Assembly (NCBI GenBank): GCA_965116875.1
Contig: OZ220733.1
Coordinates: 2,464,001 to 2,528,000 of the forward strand
Source: Candidatus Latescibacterota bacterium
GTDB taxonomy: Bacteria > Latescibacterota > UBA2968 > GCA-2709665
DNA length: 64,000 nt
Direction: 5' to 3'
The notes under the pieces were generated by a model, which was given only the letters and a program-made list of their open reading frames with translations, had not been told where the DNA came from and did not search any database. Below, in pieces: positions 1 to 10,321 of the stretch. Numbering within the stretch: the first letter of the stretch is position 1; every line of letters starts with the position of its first letter. Both the position numbers and the translations under genes were made by a program.

Positions 1-465
1 GTGGTAACCGCAGAACAGCACCCTGTCCTTCCCCGTAACCCCCCGGGCAATCCGAACCGCCACCGTACAGGCCTCGCCTCCGCCCTTCGCGTAACGCACC
101 ATCTCCGCCGATGGTATCAGGCGGACCAGCTCTTCCGCCAGTTCCACGGCGCTATCGTGTACGATGCTGCAGATGCCGCCTTTTTTGATCTGCCGTCTTA
201 CGGCCGCGTCGACGACCTCGTCCGCGTAGCCGAGAATGATCGGACCCACGCCGCTCATCCAGTCGACGTACTCGTTGCTGTCGACGTCCCATATCCGGCA
301 CCCCTTCGCACGGTCGGCGTAGACCGGGCTCACGCCCAGGGCCGCCTGCGTGGGACGACGGCTGAGCAACTGCGTCACGCCCGGTATTACCGCCTGTGCC
401 CGTGCATACACCGCCATCGACCTCGCAACGGAATGTTCAGCAGGCGTTGCGTTCTTTTCGCTCAT
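1..465 (-). CDS. Class III aminotransferase, glutamate-1-semialdehyde aminomutase-like (5' part only; runs off the window edge)
   Basis: Not in the ORF track. Manual minus-strand translation from ATG at 465 gives MSEKNATPAEHSVARSMAVYARAQAVIPGVTQLLSRRP...ADRAKGCRIWDVDSNEYVDWMSGVGPIILGY...SAEMVRYAKGGGEACTVAVRIARGVTGKDRVLFCGYH, open to base 1. Confidence 0.85.
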   Translation of the reverse strand, partial: MSEKNATPAEHSVARSMAVYARAQAVIPGVTQLLSRRPTQAALGVSPVYADRAKGCRIWDVDSNEYVDWMSGVGPIILGYADEVVDAAVRRQIKKGGICSIVHDSAVELAEELVRLIPSAEMVRYAKGGGEACTVAVRIARGVTGKDRVLFCGYH

Positions 466-506
466 CTCCGGTCCTCTCGAACGTGCGTTCGCGATGCGTC
501 GCCTGT

Positions 507-1304
507 CTACCATGACGTCCAACCTCCGTCGATGGTCATATTCTGCCCGGTCATGTAGCTGCTTGCATCGCTGGCGAGAAACACGATCGCCCCCTTGAGC
601 TCGTGCGGCTTTCCCATGCGTCCCATCGGACTCTTCGTGCAAAGCCGGTCTACCATTTCTCCAGGCGCCGTGCTCATGTTGGGAAAGGGACCCGGACTCA
701 GACAGTTCACCCGCACCCGGTCCGCCGCCCAGTAGACCGCCAGGTGCCGCGTCACGTGAATGATCCCGCCTTTCAGCGCGTGATAGGCCGCGGGGCTGGC
801 CGGACACACCCCCGCGTACGCATCCGGATACGACGCCACCTGTCCGTACATGGAACCGAGCATGACGATGCTCGCGGGGTCTCCGCGTTCCACGGCGTCG
901 TTTCGCACCAGTCGTGCCAGCGTGAAATACCCGGCCACGTTCCCCTGTTGCCACGCGAACTGCTCGTGTGTCACGTCCGTCCAGTCGTTCAGTACGCCCT
1001 CGTTCCCGTTGTTCACCAGAACGTCGATCTGTCCGGCGGCTTCCACGGCGTCGGCAAAACCGGCCTCGATGGATCCGCCGTCCATATGGTCCAGCCGCAC
1101 GCCCACGTGCGCGGCGTCGCCGGGCAACTTCGCGACTGCTGCCTCGGCGCGGCTGCGTTCCCTGCTGCTGATGACGACCCTCGCCCCTGCTTCGGCCAGC
1201 GCAGTGGCGAACGCCGTTCCGAGATAACCCGTACCTCCCGTCACCAGCGCCACCTTGCCACTCAAGTCGAACAGTCTCTGTACCGTCGGTTCGTTCGTTG
1301 CCAT
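507..1304 (-). CDS. SDR family oxidoreductase
   Basis: TGGTGYLG Rossmann motif, DVLVNNG, YHALK (YxxxK), CLSPG, GQNMTIDGGWT. Start reset to ATG 1304 (MATNEPTVQ) after a GGAGG RBS. Confidence 0.9.
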   Translation of the reverse strand: MATNEPTVQRLFDLSGKVALVTGGTGYLGTAFATALAEAGARVVISSRERSRAEAAVAKLPGDAAHVGVRLDHMDGGSIEAGFADAVEAAGQIDVLVNNGNEGVLNDWTDVTHEQFAWQQGNVAGYFTLARLVRNDAVERGDPASIVMLGSMYGQVASYPDAYAGVCPASPAAYHALKGGIIHVTRHLAVYWAADRVRVNCLSPGPFPNMSTAPGEMVDRLCTKSPMGRMGKPHELKGAIVFLASDASSYMTGQNMTIDGGWTSW

Positions 1305-1336
1305 TTCATCGCCTCCTGTGCCGTGCGAAACCTCTA

Positions 1337-3244
1337 TCACCGCGGAATAATCGGGAGCACAATGTGGGAAGGCCGCTCGAGGTCCATGTACACCGTATTT
1401 CGGGCAACAACGGAGTGCGTATGCCGTCCCACGGGTTCGCCGGTATTCGGATTCACGTCGAAACGGGGGAAATTGCTGCTGGAGATATCCACGCGGATCC
1501 GGTGGCCGCGCACGAACAGATTGCTGGTTGGCGTCAGCACGATCCTGACGGCGTATACTTCGCCGGGAACCATCATCTCGGGTTGTTCCCACCCGTTCCG
1601 ATAGCGCACGCGGATAATGGAATCGACCAGATTCATGTGGTAGCCATCCGGATCATCTTCGCCGGGTGGGTAGACGTCGATCAGCTTTGCCGTAAAATCC
1701 GTGTCGACAGCGGTCGACGAGATCCAGAGATTCACAGCCAGCGGGCCGGTGACTTCAACGTCCTCCACCAGCGGCTCCGTCTGGAACACGAGCACGTCTT
1801 CCCGGGACGCGAGGGTCAGGTACGGAGGCCGTGCGCCAACGATGCCCGGCGCCTCCTTCTGGTGGGCGGCTCCGTCCAGCACGATGCTGCGCATCCGGGC
1901 CCTCGGGGGCGTGTACCGCTCCACCATCCCTTCGCCCAGCGGCACCATTTCGTAGAATCCGGTCACATTTCCCGCGATGGTGGGCACCGGGTGTTCCGGA
2001 TCGTGAGCATAGCCGGCCGGTGCGCCGTCCACACCGGGTGTTTCCGGACCGAGGCCGCCGCCGCCGTGAAGATAGTACGGCGTGTACCTGGTGCGGGCCA
2101 GCGGCCACGCGCGCTCGGACCGCCACGAGCCGCCGTGGTTGAGACGGCCGGCGTCGTTCCGCCGGCCATCGCCTCCTCCCATCACGAAAATACGCACGGG
2201 GGGGTCGTCATCCACGTCGTTGCGGACACCCTTCAACCAGCGGTCGAACCAGCGGAGGCGCTCCCGGTTGTACACGTCGTCGCCCCAGGCCGCGTCGGGT
2301 CCGAAATCCACGTCGCCGGCGAACGAGTCGCCCTCTCCCCGTATGCCGCCGTGGTTCCACGGACCCATCAGAAGCCGCTGGGGCGTCCGGTTCTGTTTTG
2401 ACATTGCGGCGAAATAGTTCGTCGTCGCCCCCGCGAAGGGATCGTACCAACCTCCGCTGAAGACGGAAGGAATATCGCCGTGCCGGTCGAAATAGCGCTC
2501 CTGGTCGCAGCAGTCCTGCTGCCAGAACTCGTCGTACTCGCCGCGATGGTAGTAATCGAACAGCACCCGTTCGAGATTGGGCACCAGCGCCAGGGGCGTA
2601 TCTCCCGGCTTGAACGGCGTTGTATAGACCAGTTCCCTCATCCGCTCCATGGCGTCCACGAACGCCTGCGCCGCGGCCGGATCGTCCCTGATCTCCTGCG
2701 CGTCGTGCCCGTGCAGAAACAGGGCGCCGAACATATGCAGCGCCATCGCCCCTCCCTCGCGGGAGCAATGCGCGTACATATTGGTCGGTCCCACGTCCTG
2801 CCACAATGCCGCGAGATTCGGCGGCCGGTACAGCGCCATCGCCGCCTGAACGATGGCGCCGTGCGAGCTTCCCACCGTGCCCACCCGCCCGTTGGACCAT
2901 GACTGTTCCGCAATCCACTGCACCGTGTCGTATCCGTCCCTTCCCTCGCCGGGATTCGCGGTATGGAAATACTGCCCCGTACCCTCAGACCGGTGACGCC
3001 CTCTCAGGTCCTGGATCACCGCCACGTATCCCCGCCGGGCGAAGAACATCCCCACGGGCTCCACCCACATCTGTGGACTGCTCTTGTCATAGGACGTCCG
3101 CCCCAGAATCGCCGGATATCTGCCCGGCGCGGGTTCACCGTCGACGGCGGGGCGGTAGACATCCGTCGCCAGCCGGACGCCGTCGCGCATGGACACCATA
3201 ACGTCAGGCGCGATCACGACGCCGGTTTCGGATTCCGGGTTCAT
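1337..3244 (-). CDS. CocE/NonD family hydrolase
   Basis: MRDGVRLATDVYRP, QDLRGRHRSEG, WSNGRVGTVGSSHGA nucleophile region, C-terminal ISSSNFPRFDVNPNTG. Confidence 0.92.
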   Translation of the reverse strand: MNPESETGVVIAPDVMVSMRDGVRLATDVYRPAVDGEPAPGRYPAILGRTSYDKSSPQMWVEPVGMFFARRGYVAVIQDLRGRHRSEGTGQYFHTANPGEGRDGYDTVQWIAEQSWSNGRVGTVGSSHGAIVQAAMALYRPPNLAALWQDVGPTNMYAHCSREGGAMALHMFGALFLHGHDAQEIRDDPAAAQAFVDAMERMRELVYTTPFKPGDTPLALVPNLERVLFDYYHRGEYDEFWQQDCCDQERYFDRHGDIPSVFSGGWYDPFAGATTNYFAAMSKQNRTPQRLLMGPWNHGGIRGEGDSFAGDVDFGPDAAWGDDVYNRERLRWFDRWLKGVRNDVDDDPPVRIFVMGGGDGRRNDAGRLNHGGSWRSERAWPLARTRYTPYYLHGGGGLGPETPGVDGAPAGYAHDPEHPVPTIAGNVTGFYEMVPLGEGMVERYTPPRARMRSIVLDGAAHQKEAPGIVGARPPYLTLASREDVLVFQTEPLVEDVEVTGPLAVNLWISSTAVDTDFTAKLIDVYPPGEDDPDGYHMNLVDSIIRVRYRNGWEQPEMMVPGEVYAVRIVLTPTSNLFVRGHRIRVDISSSNFPRFDVNPNTGEPVGRHTHSVVARNTVYMDLERPSHIVLPIIPR

Positions 3245-3286
3245 GTTCTTTCTGCTCCTCCAATTGACGCGAACTGTGACGGGCTG

Positions 3287-5968
3287 TTATGCCAGGATTC
3301 CGTCTCCCGCGACAACGGCCGGGGCGCCGGAATCGAACCGGACCTCCACAAAATCAGTCTCCGCTTTCAGATCGAGCGCGGTATTGCCAACCTGTACCGT
3401 CCTGCCCTTGCAGATTGCGACCGACAACACGTCGCCGCCGCGTCTCCGCCGAACCATGCAAAGTTCCGCGTCGGTCCGGATGTCCATGTCCTTCTGCACC
3501 ATCCGCCCGCCGTCCCGCCCGAAGTCTTCCGCGTCTATGGCCAGGACGACGTCCCGACGTCCATCTGCGAGCTCGATTTCCACGGCCACGTCCGAATCTG
3601 AAGGGGCCCGGCCGTCTTCGTCCTCCAGCGAAAGACGTCGTACTCCGGTGATGGCCGGCTCACCCTCATAGGGTTCGATGACGCCCACGAACGTGGACGC
3701 CAGCGGACCCGCGTCCGACCGCCGCCGCACCATCACCCTGGGGATCCAGGCCGTCTCGCTGCCGCCATAGCCGCGCAGCGCAACCCAGGCCTCGGCCGTA
3801 GATGCCTGCGCGCCCGCCGTCAGGTCGGTGTAACGCAGGTGGACGTCACGGTCCTCATCGAGATATCCGAACCGGTCCTCCACCTTCCAGTCCACGTGCC
3901 ATCCCGGGACCGGCTTCTCATCGCTCATGAAGTCGCGCATCTGCGTCTCGTACCCGTATTCGTCGGCTGGCGCCAGCGTAAGCCCCCGTGTCGAAATCTC
4001 TCCGAAATGACTGTGCATGAACTTCGCGTGGTCTCGCCCGCCTGCGACGCGGAACACATCCAGAAGGTAGCTTCCAATGTCCGAAGTGTCGACCATCGCG
4101 ACGGTCCGTTCATAGCGCGGTATCCCGTACAGCGTCGAACCGCTCGCCCGGACCGCCCGGAACCGCTCGCCGTCCGCCCACAACGTGGACTCGCCATCCG
4201 AGGGGCGTTCCTGGTCCTTCCCGTCCACAACCACGGTGTTGTGACCGGCGGTACTCACGTACCAGTGAAACTTCGGGCCGCTCCACCCTCCGTAATGTAC
4301 CGGCGGGTAACCGAAATCCGGCATCAGGTCCAGGCCCATTGCGAAAAACCCGAGGTTCATCCCGTCGGCGTGTCCGTGAGGTCCGCCCGAGTCGTAGTCC
4401 AGCCACGCCGCGCGTCTTCCGTCGCCCCGCCCGGATCGAAGGATGGCCAGTCGCCACTCCGTCTTGTTGGCGCTGGCCTGCCGGATTTCCGTACCGCTGG
4501 CGTCGATAACGGCCTGCACCCCGGCCTGAAATGCCGCCGGATCGTCCGAAAACAGGTCGTACGGCAACCCGTCGACCGCACTTCCGTTGGCCTGGAAAAG
4601 CGCCTGAACGTAGGCCGCATCGCCCGTTTCCCGGTACAGATGCCACAGGAACGCGTACATCGACGGCTCCAGCCCGGGATCATCGGAGAAGGAGACGCCC
4701 ACGTACTTGTCGACCTTCCCGCCGTAGTATCCCGTGTCGCCGGCTTGAGGATAGTATTGTTGGAGGCACCACGTATCGATATGAAACCGGTACGTCTGCC
4801 GCAGCTTCGGGTGCCGTGCCAGCATATCGCCCAGGAATCCGGGGTCGACCCTGCTGAACCGCGCCAGGAACTGCGCCAGGCTCTGTATCACCCCTGAACA
4901 GTAACCCGCAAGTCCCTTTTCCCCTGTCACGCCGTCCACCGCCGTGGCGCGCTCCATCATCTCGGCGATCAGGCCATACACCTTCTCCCGGTTTCCCTCC
5001 CAGTCCAGGACAGAGTGAATCGTGATCAACGCGATTTCCTTGCGGGGATAGTTGGACCGGATCCGATCATGGTTAACGACCGTATCCTGGAGTATCCCCT
5101 CCTCGATATGCCGCGTCACGTCTACCGGCGACGCCTTGCTCACCTCAATGCCGTACCTGGCAGCCTTTCCGCTTAGAAATCCCGCCAGGGCTTCATCTTC
5201 GCCCAATGCGTCACGGACCTGGTCATACGCCTGCGCGAGTACCCGCGCTTCCTCGCACGCGTCGTGCCAGGTGGACACGTACCCTGCGTGCGCGGGACCT
5301 TCGTACATCATCGCCTGATCTTTGAAATTGAACGTCGTGTACAGGTCCGCCACCCGGTCGAGCAGCACGCCCGCCTTGTGGGCAAACACGGGTTCTCCGG
5401 TTGCCGCGTAGGCCTCCGCCAGCGCCTTGATCCCGCCATGCACGATCTGCTTCCACTGGCCGTAGACCAGGTAGGTCCCCACGAACCACCAGGTATTCTC
5501 ACCGTCGCGGTACCCCTCGCCGTCGTCCACTCCGAACAGGTGCAGCGGATCCGCCGGATCGGGATGCTCCGTGTTGAACAGGAGCGAGCGGTCCGCAAGG
5601 CCGTGTTGAAACACTCCGTGTTCATCCAGACCGGAGCGGTAGAACGCCTGGAAGTCGTTTTTGGGAAACAACTCTTCGCAGTGCGGGCATCGCAGCTTCC
5701 ACGGGAGGCGCAACGCCTGGATACGCCAGTTGTACATGGGCACGCCCTCCCCGCACGCCGGGCAGTGCCCGTTCGACCAGACCATCCAGGACCTCCGGAT
5801 GGTACTCCCGAACATCAGGTCCCACAACTCATCGTCCGAAAACGCCACCCACGGCTGAGCGGCCTCGACGATCCGGTCCCGCGCCCGCTTTGCCCACACG
5901 TGGTTTTCCGCGTTGCGCTTCGCCTTTTCAATCAACTCCGCCGGGTAGAACAGGCTGCCCTTGCTCAC
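3287..5968 (-). CDS. Heparinase II/III-like polysaccharide lyase-family protein
   Basis: HGHADGMNLG, PDFGY and AGHNTVVVDG motifs; N-terminal CPAC...CPHC pair. Confidence 0.75.
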   Translation of the reverse strand: MSKGSLFYPAELIEKAKRNAENHVWAKRARDRIVEAAQPWVAFSDDELWDLMFGSTIRRSWMVWSNGHCPACGEGVPMYNWRIQALRLPWKLRCPHCEELFPKNDFQAFYRSGLDEHGVFQHGLADRSLLFNTEHPDPADPLHLFGVDDGEGYRDGENTWWFVGTYLVYGQWKQIVHGGIKALAEAYAATGEPVFAHKAGVLLDRVADLYTTFNFKDQAMMYEGPAHAGYVSTWHDACEEARVLAQAYDQVRDALGEDEALAGFLSGKAARYGIEVSKASPVDVTRHIEEGILQDTVVNHDRIRSNYPRKEIALITIHSVLDWEGNREKVYGLIAEMMERATAVDGVTGEKGLAGYCSGVIQSLAQFLARFSRVDPGFLGDMLARHPKLRQTYRFHIDTWCLQQYYPQAGDTGYYGGKVDKYVGVSFSDDPGLEPSMYAFLWHLYRETGDAAYVQALFQANGSAVDGLPYDLFSDDPAAFQAGVQAVIDASGTEIRQASANKTEWRLAILRSGRGDGRRAAWLDYDSGGPHGHADGMNLGFFAMGLDLMPDFGYPPVHYGGWSGPKFHWYVSTAGHNTVVVDGKDQERPSDGESTLWADGERFRAVRASGSTLYGIPRYERTVAMVDTSDIGSYLLDVFRVAGGRDHAKFMHSHFGEISTRGLTLAPADEYGYETQMRDFMSDEKPVPGWHVDWKVEDRFGYLDEDRDVHLRYTDLTAGAQASTAEAWVALRGYGGSETAWIPRVMVRRRSDAGPLASTFVGVIEPYEGEPAITGVRRLSLEDEDGRAPSDSDVAVEIELADGRRDVVLAIDAEDFGRDGGRMVQKDMDIRTDAELCMVRRRRGGDVLSVAICKGRTVQVGNTALDLKAETDFVEVRFDSGAPAVVAGDGILA

Positions 5969-6088
5969 GTCCGTGCCTCCTCGTTGTGTTGCGGCGCCGG
6001 GACAATCCTGCTTGATCGACCCGACGCGGCGCCCTATCTTCGCTCGAAGAAATCTCCTTCAAATGACCACGGAACAGGAAACGGACCC

Positions 6089-7303
6089 ATGCTGGTTGCC
6101 TCACAGGACTTCCGCTGGCACGACCGCGGCGAAGGAGGCGTCTACGTCTTCGGTGACGACGGCTACCTCACGATCGACGGCTCGCGAGGCCGCGCGCGCT
6201 GTTCCCGGCGAATGAAGAACCGCGTCCGGCGCACGGAGGATGCAGTTGAGCTGAAACTCCGGGTGGCCCTCGGAAAGCGCTACCATATCCTCTTCACTCG
6301 CGCGGACGACCGGATTGCGCTGGATTGCCGGATCGACGTCGACGGGCGAATCCATCTGACCGGGGACAGGGGAACCGTCGACTCCGGCAAGTCCCTGACC
6401 TTTCACTACGGCAGACCCTACGCCGATCCGGCCATTCGCCCGCCTTACGTCGTGCCGTCCGACGAACATCGCCTGACCTTTTCGGGATTCGATTTCGAAA
6501 ACAGAAAGTTTGTGTTCGCCCTGGAAAAGAACGACCCGGTCGAGATTCAAGGATGCATTGGACCGGACATTGACGAAATCAGTACAATCGAACTGGCCAC
6601 GGGGACTGTTGAAACCGGCAGTCTCATGCGCCTGAGGGAATACGCCGAATACAACGATGGCGCCGTGGCATCCAGGGAGACGTTTCCGTTGTACTGGGCG
6701 CCGGTTCCTCCCCCTCCGGACGGCATGCCGGACGACAACGTCTGCGAGACGGTCATGCGGCCCGTGAATTTCCGGTGGCTGGAGACGGTCACGAAGTACG
6801 GTTACGTCAAGGTCCGGATCCCGCCGCTGAAAGCGGGCGCCGTGGAATTCGAGATGAAGCCTGCCGACGCGGCGCTGGAGTCATGCCTCATCCTGGAAGA
6901 ACACCAGGGCATCATCAAATACGGGAATATCCAGTTCGGGTTGCTCCGGGGCAAGATAATCATCTGCACCGGGAAAGGCATCACCGAATTCGATCAGGCC
7001 GTCCAGGTCGCGAGCGGCAGGGTGTACAGGTTCCGGATTGAATGGGATGCGCGAAACGGCGAGGTGCGTCTCCGGATCGACGGGGAAACGATGACGCACA
7101 GAGGGTCGGACGCGTTCTCTTTCGCCAACCTTCCGGTCAACGGTATCGATACCATCACGCTCCATCCGGGAGACGTGCGGGCGAGACGAAGTCTTATGGA
7201 GAAACGCCTCGGCGTAGAGCCGCGAGAGGTTTCCACGTCGATCGTACACTGGGGCGCGTTCCGGGTTTACGATCTGGCCGGGAGCCAGGTTGACGCACAT
7301 TGA
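6089..7303 (+). CDS. Hypothetical protein, beta-rich (possibly concanavalin/LamG-like)
   Basis: Divergent ORF. The probable start is ATG 6089 (MLVASQDF) after AGGA; the longer track ORF overlaps the opposite-strand gene. Motifs such as GAVEFEMKP and YRFRIEWD suggest a beta-sandwich. Confidence 0.6.
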   Translation: MLVASQDFRWHDRGEGGVYVFGDDGYLTIDGSRGRARCSRRMKNRVRRTEDAVELKLRVALGKRYHILFTRADDRIALDCRIDVDGRIHLTGDRGTVDSGKSLTFHYGRPYADPAIRPPYVVPSDEHRLTFSGFDFENRKFVFALEKNDPVEIQGCIGPDIDEISTIELATGTVETGSLMRLREYAEYNDGAVASRETFPLYWAPVPPPPDGMPDDNVCETVMRPVNFRWLETVTKYGYVKVRIPPLKAGAVEFEMKPADAALESCLILEEHQGIIKYGNIQFGLLRGKIIICTGKGITEFDQAVQVASGRVYRFRIEWDARNGEVRLRIDGETMTHRGSDAFSFANLPVNGIDTITLHPGDVRARRSLMEKRLGVEPREVSTSIVHWGAFRVYDLAGSQVDAH

Positions 7304-7559
7304 CGGCGCGGCCAGGCGATTTCGATTCGCGCACAACCGTCCGGTTCAAGGTTTTTTTGGAACCCTCGCCCGGCCGGGTTCGTCAGCGAGGTACGTGGCT
7401 CGAAGGTGCAGACGTCCTTGACTTTCCGGTCGCATTGCTTAATTTCCGTTCGGTCCCCTGCGTTCAATGGACGGACCGAACATCGAGATCCCCGATAGAC
7501 GGACGGAATCAGCAAGTTGCCGCCCGCCGCCGCCAGGGAGAAATCATGGAGGAACGATC

Positions 7560-8828
7560 GTGCACGTCGCCATAATCGGCAACGGCGTCACCGGTGTTAG
7601 CGCGGCGATCAGGCTGCGGCGCAAACAGCCGGACTGGCGCATCACCCTTATCTCCGGCGAATCCCGATACCACTATTCGCGGCCGGCCCTGATGTACGTT
7701 TTCATGGGCCATATGACCTATCAGGGCACCAAACCCTTCGAAGACGACTTCTGGTCCATAAACCGGCTGGACCTGCGCCGGGACTGGGTCGCCGGGATCG
7801 ACGCCCCCCGAAAGTGCCTCACTCTCCACCGGGGCGGTGACTTCCACTATGACAAGCTGCTCATCGCCACCGGCTCGAAATCCAACAAATTCGGATGGCC
7901 GGGACAGGACCTCAAAGGCGTTCAGGGCCTCTATTCCCTCCAGGATCTCCGCACCCTGTACGACAACGCGAAGCACACCCGTCATGCCGTGATTGTCGGC
8001 GGCGGCCTCATTGGCGTCGAACTGGCCGAAATGCTACATTCGCGCAACATCCACGTCACCTTTCTGGTACGCGAGCCATCCTACTGGGGCAACGTCCTTC
8101 CCGGAGAAGAATCCGTTATGGTCAACGAAATCATCCGGGAACAAGGCATCGGACTCAAACTCAGCACCAGCCTCAAGGAGATCCTGGACGACGGAAACGG
8201 CAGAGTCTGCGGCGTTGTCACGGAAGACGGCGAATCGCTGGAATGCCAGTTTGTGGGTCTCACCGCAGGCGTGTCACCCAATATAGACCTTGTCAGGGAC
8301 TCCGAAATCGAGACCGGCAGGGGGATCCTTGTCGATCACAGCTTTCAGACCAGCGTTCCTGACGTATATGCCGCGGGTGACTGTGCCGAAATCGTCACCG
8401 GCGGCGAGCGGAATCTGTTGCAGCAGGTCTGGTACACAGGCAGGAAACAGGGAGAGGTCGCGGGGGACGTCATGGCGGGCGAAACCCGTAGCTACGACCC
8501 GGGCATCTGGTTCAACTCCGCCAAGTTCCTGGACCTGGAATACCAGGTCTACGGCCGCGTCAACCTCAATGTGCCGGGCGAAAAGAACCTCTATTGGCAA
8601 CACCCCGCACAGCGCCAGTCCGTGCGAATCGTTTACACCGAACCGGACGTGATCGGCATCAATCTCATGGGTATCCGCTACCGCCACGAAGTCTGCGAAC
8701 GCTGGATCTCGGAACAGCGCCCGGTCGACTTCGTGCTGGACAACCTTGCAGACGCCAACTTCGACCCCGAGTTCTTCGACCGGCACGAATCCGAAATCGT
8801 ACCCGCCCTCAGGGAGCAGATGTCATGA
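7560..8828 (+). CDS. NAD(P)/FAD-dependent oxidoreductase (pyridine nucleotide-disulphide/ferredoxin reductase-like)
   Basis: GTG start after GGAGG. IIGNGVTG, LLIATGS, IVGGGLIGVELAE and VYAAGDCAE motifs. Confidence 0.88.
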   Translation: MHVAIIGNGVTGVSAAIRLRRKQPDWRITLISGESRYHYSRPALMYVFMGHMTYQGTKPFEDDFWSINRLDLRRDWVAGIDAPRKCLTLHRGGDFHYDKLLIATGSKSNKFGWPGQDLKGVQGLYSLQDLRTLYDNAKHTRHAVIVGGGLIGVELAEMLHSRNIHVTFLVREPSYWGNVLPGEESVMVNEIIREQGIGLKLSTSLKEILDDGNGRVCGVVTEDGESLECQFVGLTAGVSPNIDLVRDSEIETGRGILVDHSFQTSVPDVYAAGDCAEIVTGGERNLLQQVWYTGRKQGEVAGDVMAGETRSYDPGIWFNSAKFLDLEYQVYGRVNLNVPGEKNLYWQHPAQRQSVRIVYTEPDVIGINLMGIRYRHEVCERWISEQRPVDFVLDNLADANFDPEFFDRHESEIVPALREQMS

Positions 8829-10321
8829 TTGATACCGCCACCCTCGACTACGACTTCGATGAGGAAACGCAGGGCTTCGAGGAACCGCCCGCGCAACAGG
8901 CGCCACCGGCATCCTGGCCGGAAAGGCTCTCCATTTCGGCCGTCGCGGTCGGCTTCCTGGCACTCATCGTGACCCTGCTCGGTCCGCTTTCCGGTACCTG
9001 GACCGGCATCCTGCTCAGCTTCGGCCTCATCGTGCTGGGATCGGCAGCGTATTTCTGGTTCACGTACAGGAACACGGTTCCGGGGATCAAGCACGACGGC
9101 ATCATGTTCGGCAGCGCGACCCATCTGGGAGCCATCGGATGGGCCCTGGGCATTGTCATCACCGGATTTTACGTCTTGCTCTATTGGTGGCCCGAAACCC
9201 TCGAACGCGGCGTCCGGCTGGTGGACCCGCTATCCCAGGCGTTGGCCGGGGGTCCGGCGGACCGATGGTTCTTCTACGGCTTCCTGTACACGCTCGCCAT
9301 CCTCGTGTTCGGTGTCCGCATGTTCATGAAGTACCGCCACAACCGCTACCAGATCATCCGCACCGCGTCCGTAATGTTCTTCCAGCTTGGCTTCGCCTTT
9401 CTCATACCGCAACTGCTCAAGAGCTTCAACCAGCCTGAGTTCTATTTCACCTATTTCTGGCCGCTCAAATACGACTACCTCTTTCCCTCCACCGTGGGCA
9501 GCCTGACCGGCCATCCCGGCGCCCTCGGCGTCTTCATGGTCTTCTGGGGCGCCGTGGCCACCTTCATCGCCACGCCCGTACTCACCTACTTCTACGGAAA
9601 ACGATGGTACTGCTCCTGGGTATGCGGCTGCGGCGGCCTCGCCGAGACCCTGGGCGATCCCTTTCGCCAGCTCTCCAGCAAGACGACCCGCTCCTGGAGG
9701 ATCGAACGGGGCATCATCTACTCGGTCCTCATCTTCATTACCGTAACCACAATCGCGCTGTGGGTCAACTCCGCCACCGAAGGCCGCGTCTTCGGCCGGC
9801 TGTCGGGGCCGCTTGCCAGCGCGTACGGATTCTACATCGGCGCCCTGTTTTCCGGCGTCATCGGCGTGGGCTTCTATCCACTGATGGGCAGCCGGGTCTG
9901 GTGCCGCTTCGGCTGTCCCATGGCCGCAATTCTGGGCGTCTTCCAGCGTTTCTTCTCACGCTTCCGGATCACCACCAACGGCGGCCAGTGCATGTCCTGC
10001 GGCAACTGTTCCACCTACTGCGAAATGGGCATCGACGTACGGGCGTACGCCCAGCGCGGCGAGAACATCGTTCGCGCTTCGTGCGTGGGATGCGGCATCT
10101 GCTCCGCCGTCTGCCCGCGCGGCGTACTCAAGCTGGAAAACGGCCCCACGCACGCCGACCGGTATCCCGGCTCAGATCGTCCCCTGGCCGCCTTCCAGGA
10201 AGCGGTGAGCGCCGCGAAGGTGTACGAGGGAAAAAACGGGTCGGCCGCGCCGGAGCCCGTCGACCCTGCCCTCCTCAGCCAGCGCAGGCCGCTCAAATCG
10301 CAATTCAGACGGCGTCTATAA
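8825..10321 (+). CDS. Multi-pass membrane 4Fe-4S binding protein (NapH/YccM-like)
   Basis: ATGA overlap with the upstream gene. [21 protein letters not shown] and two ferredoxin motifs, [12 protein letters not shown] and [12 protein letters not shown]. Confidence 0.88.
   Translation: MIDTATLDYDFDEETQGFEEPPAQQAPPASWPERLSISAVAVGFLALIVTLLGPLSGTWTGILLSFGLIVLGSAAYFWFTYRNTVPGIKHDGIMFGSATHLGAIGWALGIVITGFYVLLYWWPETLERGVRLVDPLSQALAGGPADRWFFYGFLYTLAILVFGVRMFMKYRHNRYQIIRTASVMFFQLGFAFLIPQLLKSFNQPEFYFTYFWPLKYDYLFPSTVGSLTGHPGALGVFMVFWGAVATFIATPVLTYFYGKRWYCSWVCGCGGLAETLGDPFRQLSSKTTRSWRIERGIIYSVLIFITVTTIALWVNSATEGRVFGRLSGPLASAYGFYIGALFSGVIGVGFYPLMGSRVWCRFGCPMAAILGVFQRFFSRFRITTNGGQCMSCGNCSTYCEMGIDVRAYAQRGENIVRASCVGCGICSAVCPRGVLKLENGPTHADRYPGSDRPLAAFQEAVSAAKVYEGKNGSAAPEPVDPALLSQRRPLKSQFRRRL

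Noticed and set aside
10305-10321. 17-nt convergent overlap between icd and the 4Fe-4S gene
   Set aside because: Short 3' overlaps are common, and the overlapping tail is low-complexity.
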